Assembly (NCBI RefSeq): GCF_000025945.1
Contig: NC_006138.1
Location: forward strand, 240,001 to 272,000
Direction: 5' to 3'
Length of the DNA stretch: 32,000 bases
Source: Desulfotalea psychrophila LSv54
GTDB lineage: Bacteria > Desulfobacterota > Desulfobulbia > Desulfobulbales > Desulfocapsaceae
Part shown: positions 27,601 to 32,000 of the stretch, piece by piece
Position numbering within the stretch: the first letter of the stretch is position 1
Layout: the number at the start of each line of letters is the position of its first letter
Notes under the pieces: generated by a model
Seen by the model: only the letters and a program-made list of their open reading frames with translations
Database searches by the model: none
Told to the model about the DNA's origin: nothing
Made by a program: the position numbers and the translations under genes

Positions 27601-27722
27601 CCCTTGGTTTAAGGGTACTGGTCAGCGATAAACTACACGCTTATCTCGAATATCAATATACCTTTGCCGACCATCAAAATGGAGCCCATTTACTGAGTAC
27701 AGGACTGAGTTATTATTTTTAA
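24681..27722 (+). CDS. Autotransporter with metzincin-like passenger (copy 2), intact C-terminus
   Basis: Same architecture as copy 1, ending ...YQYTFADHQNGAHLLSTGLSYYF with a canonical terminal Phe. Confidence 0.92.
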   Translation: MRKTKLYLALASLMLATPAHSYETITVGNFEAQLLAPGESAYAIGAQTSEGAYTEVGDRRIITGTEAWTEGHRDAISRSLQALEQSFAMGSPKRKMQIAFALKKGKEANLGDSLGTLIYDQYLTKIISTGELLLRDNSPTDKILGSVDDTINIYTSTPLHYGPDAPGHDQYDFQSTVTHEILHAMGIMNGNDTDGSYPNGITRWDSLLEDGKGGHPTPENSPSMTTTGKLGTVFWTGAAAKATYGGPVPIQTFADGYKEGSSLGHPGPAGELMTYQSDYLEFPRAPNKLLLDMFRDMGWKINEAYYNSFGPTYYSNNSRISNTNNFETSHSYTYGMYVNGNYNLIEQSGNLKTTKEYSNTLHIYGDKNIIRVSGKQSAEANYSHALYAFGRYNQIFIEREGALAARGDGSVGILLFGADNTIFHSGTIKARDGATAIRIDNPFAHQAQGGHVLNASLHIQTGSEIVGNIINSASGMADMTFGSNYASDGISSSPDPDFNFSYNDEIRGNWHHTITAGKLNLGASAIIEGNMVNYGTLAGNGTIIGDVDSAGIIAPGNSIGKLTINGNLSQTSSSDLQIEFGDGGYDQLVVSGTAHLDGALSLIPIGYLAPGTHQFINAGALAGNFATVNNFSSSILQTSAASLNPSNFTLTRRSYASVSESQQQSLASAFDRARPTASGDMADTLNLMDLMDLTDIRQAADDFSPYFYNSVTTAILENIRTRSTFLQNKIRGDEADRQSPLWFSGYGGTTQYDKTITSNDFKTKYAGFMLGFDRQFASGFQLGAAGAFTDFSLKEKATTSKARGSVYDGYLYGSWSPQANDAFYLQSTLGIGLTDSKTNRNIPFLDRTATSDHDAIHYSAFLGGGYKQQIGNWSLEPRAGFEYINLDEDGCTEYGAGAASLAVNSKDSDALVSSLGVEISHTFDLNNGLLVPSFRADWFHNFSAEGEDTIATLQSGETFSVDGRTASENALELALGLRVLVSDKLHAYLEYQYTFADHQNGAHLLSTGLSYYF

Positions 27723-27884
27723 GGGATGTTTACGGCAAAGTTCGGCCATAGAGACACCACCTTCAGCGACGGGAAATAGCAACAGCGGAGCGGCGAAGGG
27801 AAAGTTAGAAGGAAAAAGCGGAGTGACGGCAGGGGTGCAAGTGACTGACGTAGCTCACCTCCCCCTCAACCCCGTCCCGGCACC

Positions 27885-28731
27885 TTAGAGAATGGGTGGC
27901 TCCTGGCAAAACTCAGGATATAGCTTTTTTGCACACTCCGGACAGATACCATGACTGAATTCTGCCTCTGAATGATCCCTTATGTATGACTCAATTTCAC
28001 TCCAGTAACCCCTGTCATCTCTAATATTCTTGCATGACGCACAGATGGGCAGGAAACCACTGAGTTGCTTTACCTTATCAAGGGCCAATTGCAGTTCTGT
28101 AATCAATCTCTCGCTTTCAGCTTCTGCATTTTTTATTTCAGTAACATCCAGGATTGCCCCTACCAGGCCTGTAACCTGTCCATCTGTTCTCTCGAAGGTT
28201 GCCTTGTGGCAATATAACCTGACGATTACTGGCATGAGTTTTACTTTTAACTTCAAATTCATAAATTTGAGTTCCGGGCTTATTGATAAGATCGGAATCT
28301 TTTTTATGATAAATGTTGGCAAGATTGGCAGGGGCAATATCATAGACAGACTTTCCTATGATCTCTTTTCTGGGCATATCCATGAAATCTTCATAACTCT
28401 TATTACATCCTACGTAAATGCACTCTTCATCTTTGTAAAAAATTGGCACAGGGATTCTGTCTAAAAGTTGCTGCTGGAAGTAGAGTGATGCTGCCAGCTT
28501 TTGTTCCGCGGCTTTCTGTTTCGTGATTAGCCTGGAACTGACTAGACCGAACAGAACAAAACATACCAGAACCAATATCCTGATAAATATTTCACCTTTC
28601 GAAATATCTGTCGCTAAGAACTCAATAAATGACCCTTTATTAAATAGCAAATAGTCCACCATGACGTGACCTGCACAGATAAAAAGACCCATGAGAATAG
28701 CCAATGAGATGATCTTGTTTTCAGTCTTCAT
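27885..28731 (-). pseudogene. Membrane PAS-domain sensor protein with Cys-rich C-terminus, split by a frameshift
   Basis: ORF 28138-28731 encodes two TMs and a PAS start (LLDRIPVPIFYKDEECIYVGCNKSYEDFM...YEFEVKSKTHASNRQVI). ORF 27885-28343 contributes the continuation (HKATFERTDGQVTGLVGAILDVTEIKNAE...LSGFLPICASCKNIRDDRGYWSEIESYI). The frames switch at about 28208-28219. Confidence 0.75.
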
Positions 28732-29127
28732 AGCTAGCCTTCTCCTTTTATAAAAACAGGGTATTGCTCGTGCGTAGACATTATGATCTCTTCTTTTTAT
28801 TGTAGAAATATTTTCTTAGCCACTCGCATGCAAAACTGCTCAAACCAGAATTAATTTTATATGGCTCATCATTATCCCCACTTCTTGAAGTGATACCCTA
28901 TCGGTTTAACAGGAACAAGATGAACCTGCAAAGGGTTTCCCTCTCAGATATCAAACTTTTGCAGTAAGGCAGCTTGTAGGGGGGAGGGATTTTGCTCCGT
29001 TACACGGGCAAGGATGGATAGCAGCGACGAACCCCCTTCACCTCCCCCTTTTCTCCTCCCCCTTATTTTCAAGGGGGAGGTCGGGAGGGGGTTGAAGGGG
29101 GAGGTAAAGGGGGGAGGAGGAGAGTGC

Positions 29128-29913
29128 CTAGAAGAAGAGCCGAGGTTCCTTGCGAGTGCGGCAGTTATTATGCAGCTTCAAAGCCAGTTCGGCAAGAGCC
29201 GGAACGGCAAAGGAGATGGCGGACGTCGGGCAGCTCTTAATGCAGGCACAGCAACGGATACAGTCACCGGCCTCAAAGAGTATCTTGCCCTCGACAGCAC
29301 TGATGATCCCTGCAGGACAGACCGAGGTACAGGTCTCACAAAAGTTACAGAGAGTTGAATCGACCTGCGGAGTATAGTCCACCGGTCCAACGCCCTGTCG
29401 ATATTCCGCATTGCCGGGCACCTGGAGGGCTGAATCACCACTATGGGCAAGTCTCTCTGCTACCTCTCGACCAAACTCTTTGGCGGCGAGGAGATCTGCC
29501 TCATCCGGTCTACCGGCACCGATGGGGGTATTGCTGGTGGAGTAGGAGTGTTCGCCGATAAAGGCGGCGGCAGCTAAGGGGACAAAGCCCTGAGACTGGG
29601 CCAGATCCTGCAACTCTAGAAGGGCATCCTCAAAATCACGATTACCGTAGACCACCACCAGAACGGCAGGGGTTCCTGCCCCCCGAATTGCCTCCAGACG
29701 CTTACGGGCCAGGGGTGCTATTCGTCCGGCATAGACGGGAACAACTATAATGGCCAGGGCAGTGGCAGGTAGTGCCTCTTCTGCCGTGGCAAAGGTAAGG
29801 TCATGCCTGTGGAAGGCTGGACCGGCAAGCTCTTCGGCAATACTATAGCCGATGCTCTTTGAGGTATTTGTGGGGGAAAAATATATGAGATGGGTACTGT
29901 CTGTATGATGCAT
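29128..29913 (-). CDS. EFR1-family ferredoxin (flavodoxin-like domain plus 2x[4Fe-4S])
   Basis: N-terminus IYFSPTNTSKSIGYSIAEEL and two clusters, CNFCETCTSVCP and CIRCCACIKSCP. Confidence 0.88.
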   Translation of the reverse strand: MHHTDSTHLIYFSPTNTSKSIGYSIAEELAGPAFHRHDLTFATAEEALPATALAIIVVPVYAGRIAPLARKRLEAIRGAGTPAVLVVVYGNRDFEDALLELQDLAQSQGFVPLAAAAFIGEHSYSTSNTPIGAGRPDEADLLAAKEFGREVAERLAHSGDSALQVPGNAEYRQGVGPVDYTPQVDSTLCNFCETCTSVCPAGIISAVEGKILFEAGDCIRCCACIKSCPTSAISFAVPALAELALKLHNNCRTRKEPRLFF

Positions 29914-30077
29914 CGTGTCACCTTTTGAAAAACGTGAAAGCTACTCAGCCACAGCACTCGAAAAGGGTACTGCGGATATAATACAGGGTGTAATTATTAA
30001 GACTGTTGGAAGGCCTCAACGACAAAACACCCCTTGGTAAAAGCCCCTTAAAGGAGTTCAAGACCAGTAGAACAAGC

Positions 30078-31148
30078 CTAGAGGCTATAAATAAAGCGTC
30101 TGTCCACCTTGCCACTGGCCGTCCTGACCAGTTGGGAGACATAGATGATCTGCCGGGGCAGGGCATATTTATCCAGTACCTCCGCAAGCATGAGACACAT
30201 CTTTTTTCGGAAGAGATCCTGTTTGGATCTGCTCAGATAATAGATATCGGCCGACTCTATGACCAGAATAATCTTCCGGCCCAGACGACTGTCAGGACTT
30301 GAGGTCAGCAAAAATGGATAGTCAAGCAGATGGACAATGCGGCTCTCAAGCTCTTCCGGGGAAAATTTAATTCCGCCTGAGTTAATGATATTATCCCAGC
30401 GCCCCAACCAGCGAAAGCCTCCGGCACAAAGCGCTGCCATATCGTTACTGATCAGAGCTTGGCCTACCACCTCACCATCCTCCACCACCAGACAGCCACG
30501 CTCATCACAGGCGAACTCCACCCCCGGCAGGCCTCGATAAATATCATCGACACCAATTTTTTGCAGGGCCACATGGGAGCAGGTCTCTGTCATGCCATAG
30601 CCCAGATAAAACTCCGTCTCCGGGCAGGCCAAAATCAACTCCCGCAGGGGGGCTGAAACCTCGGCCCCGCCGAGGAGAACAGTCTTCACCCGGACAGTAT
30701 AGCCAATATCCCGCAGCATATTTTCCGCCTGAAGGGGAACCATGGCCACAAAGTCAATATCGTCACTAAATTTTCGGTGGGGATTGCCCTCGGGGGCGAT
30801 GGTCAGAAGCTCGGCCCCGGAGACCAGGGCCCTAATAAGCATCATCTTACCGGCAATATATTCCGCCGAGAGACAGAGGGCCAGTCGACTGACCTCCGAG
30901 ATATGAAAAAAAGCACAGGTCCGACGGGCAGAGGCCAACATGGCCCTCTTGGCAAGCTGAATAGGCTTGGCCTTTCCGGTGGAGCCAGAGGTATACTGCT
31001 CTATACTCTCCGCAGACTGCCACCAGGCAGCCAAAAAGGTGAAAATATTCTGCCGCCAGAGGGGCAGATCGAGGAAGGCCTCGCTCTTAAGCAGGGAGGT
31101 AAGAGATTCAGCATCATAGATCTTTCCATCAATTTTAACAGAGTCCAT
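30078..31148 (-). CDS. menE: o-Succinylbenzoate-CoA ligase (MenE-like AMP-binding enzyme)
   Basis: ANL-family motifs YTSGSTGKAKPIQL, YLGYGMTETCSHVAL, GGFRWLGRWDNIINSGGIKFSPEELE and TASGKVDR. Adjacent to menC. Confidence 0.85.
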   Translation of the reverse strand: MDSVKIDGKIYDAESLTSLLKSEAFLDLPLWRQNIFTFLAAWWQSAESIEQYTSGSTGKAKPIQLAKRAMLASARRTCAFFHISEVSRLALCLSAEYIAGKMMLIRALVSGAELLTIAPEGNPHRKFSDDIDFVAMVPLQAENMLRDIGYTVRVKTVLLGGAEVSAPLRELILACPETEFYLGYGMTETCSHVALQKIGVDDIYRGLPGVEFACDERGCLVVEDGEVVGQALISNDMAALCAGGFRWLGRWDNIINSGGIKFSPEELESRIVHLLDYPFLLTSSPDSRLGRKIILVIESADIYYLSRSKQDLFRKKMCLMLAEVLDKYALPRQIIYVSQLVRTASGKVDRRFIYSL

Positions 31149-31159
31149 CGGCAGATCCT

Positions 31160-32000
31160 TTAAGATACCCCCAAAAGTCCCCCGTCCACGGCAAGGTTTG
31201 AGGGAAGATTATTGGTATATAGCTGGCCTGTCCCCAGCCCTTGGGGCATGGTGGGCTGATAGAGGGCCGTCCACTGGGCAATGGCGGCAAGCCCCAGATT
31301 AGATTCAAGGGCCGAAGTGATCCAGAAACCGATACCACGCTCTCGAGCAAGCTCTATCCACTGTCCGGCATAGTGAAAGCCACCAAGCAGGGATGGTTTG
31401 AGAATGATATACTGGGGCCTGATGGCATCGAGCATGGCAGAACGCTGTTCAGCCCCTAGCCCGATCAGCTCCTCATCCAGAGCAATGGCCAGAGGAGAGT
31501 TGGCACAGAGAGCCGCCATCTCGGACCATTGATGCTGGCGAATGGGCTGCTCAATGGAGTGAAGATGGAACTGACTGAGACGCTTCAGTCTTTGTGGGGC
31601 ATTGGCAGGCGAAAAGGCACCGTTGGCATCGACCCGAATCTCCAGCTGCTGCGGAGAAAAGCTCTCACGAATGCCGGCGAGAAGGGCACACTCTTTATCG
31701 AAATCAATGGCCCCAATCTTCAATTTCAGACAGCCATAGCCCTCGGCCAGCTTGGCCTCGATCTGTTCCTGCATAAAAGCGGCCTCGCCCATCCAGATCA
31801 GGCCATTGACCGGAATCCGCTTTTCACCACGAGTAAAGTCCGAGGCGAACCACTCCTGCCTGCCTCCAGAGAGCAGATCCAGCAGGGCCATCTCCAGGGC
31901 AAAGCGCAGGGCAGGAAAGCGACCATCGGTTGAGACCTGCCAGGAATCCAAAATTCCGGCAATATCGGTCAGAACAGACCTGTAGTCAGAAAAATCCGCC
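31160..32000 (-). CDS. menC: o-Succinylbenzoate synthase (MenC), partial; the N-terminus lies beyond the window edge
   Basis: Enolase-superfamily motifs YGCLKLKIGA, EIRVDANGAFSPANA, HSIEQPI, IALDEEL and ILKPSLLGG. The frame stays open upstream of 31951 to the window end (ADFSDYRSVLTDIAGILDSWQVS). Confidence 0.88.
   Translation of the reverse strand, partial: ADFSDYRSVLTDIAGILDSWQVSTDGRFPALRFALEMALLDLLSGGRQEWFASDFTRGEKRIPVNGLIWMGEAAFMQEQIEAKLAEGYGCLKLKIGAIDFDKECALLAGIRESFSPQQLEIRVDANGAFSPANAPQRLKRLSQFHLHSIEQPIRQHQWSEMAALCANSPLAIALDEELIGLGAEQRSAMLDAIRPQYIILKPSLLGGFHYAGQWIELARERGIGFWITSALESNLGLAAIAQWTALYQPTMPQGLGTGQLYTNNLPSNLAVDGGLLGVS

Overview
The 32 kb window looks like chromosome from a Desulfobulbales-like sulfate reducer (organism is an inference). 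It starts inside a cobalamin methyltransferase gene (cobJ-like) and ends inside menC. Ordinary or readily assigned genes are a Sel1-repeat protein, an OmpA-type lipoprotein, a Cache-GGDEF diguanylate cyclase, a ChaA-type Ca2+/H+ antiporter, a PSD-family protein, a CvfB-like S1 protein, a SpoU/TrmH-type methyltransferase, a cold-shock/excalibur fusion, a GNAT, an EFR1-type ferredoxin, menE and menC. Four regions deserve attention. (1) 14.2-18.8 kb is a co-oriented accessory island. It holds a two-gene CBASS-like cassette (CD-NTase with C-terminal sensor domain plus a SLATT-like 2TM effector), a multi-TM orphan protein, a T5orf172/GIY-YIG-like protein and a UPF0489-like protein. The spacers carry inverted repeats resembling integron attC sites, each ending 9-22 nt before the next start codon. 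(2) 21.2-27.7 kb holds tandem duplicated autotransporters with a metzincin-like HExxHxxGxxN motif. The first copy has an in-frame TAA that removes the last 14 residues, including the terminal beta-signal Phe. (3) Intergenic DNA is full of composite repeats: heptanucleotide arrays, TTAACCACAGAGG modules and 'gcggagcggc' modules, often directly after stop codons. (4) Two genes appear frameshifted: a HicB-like antitoxin and a PAS sensor protein. No CRISPR array, tRNA, rRNA or integrase was seen.
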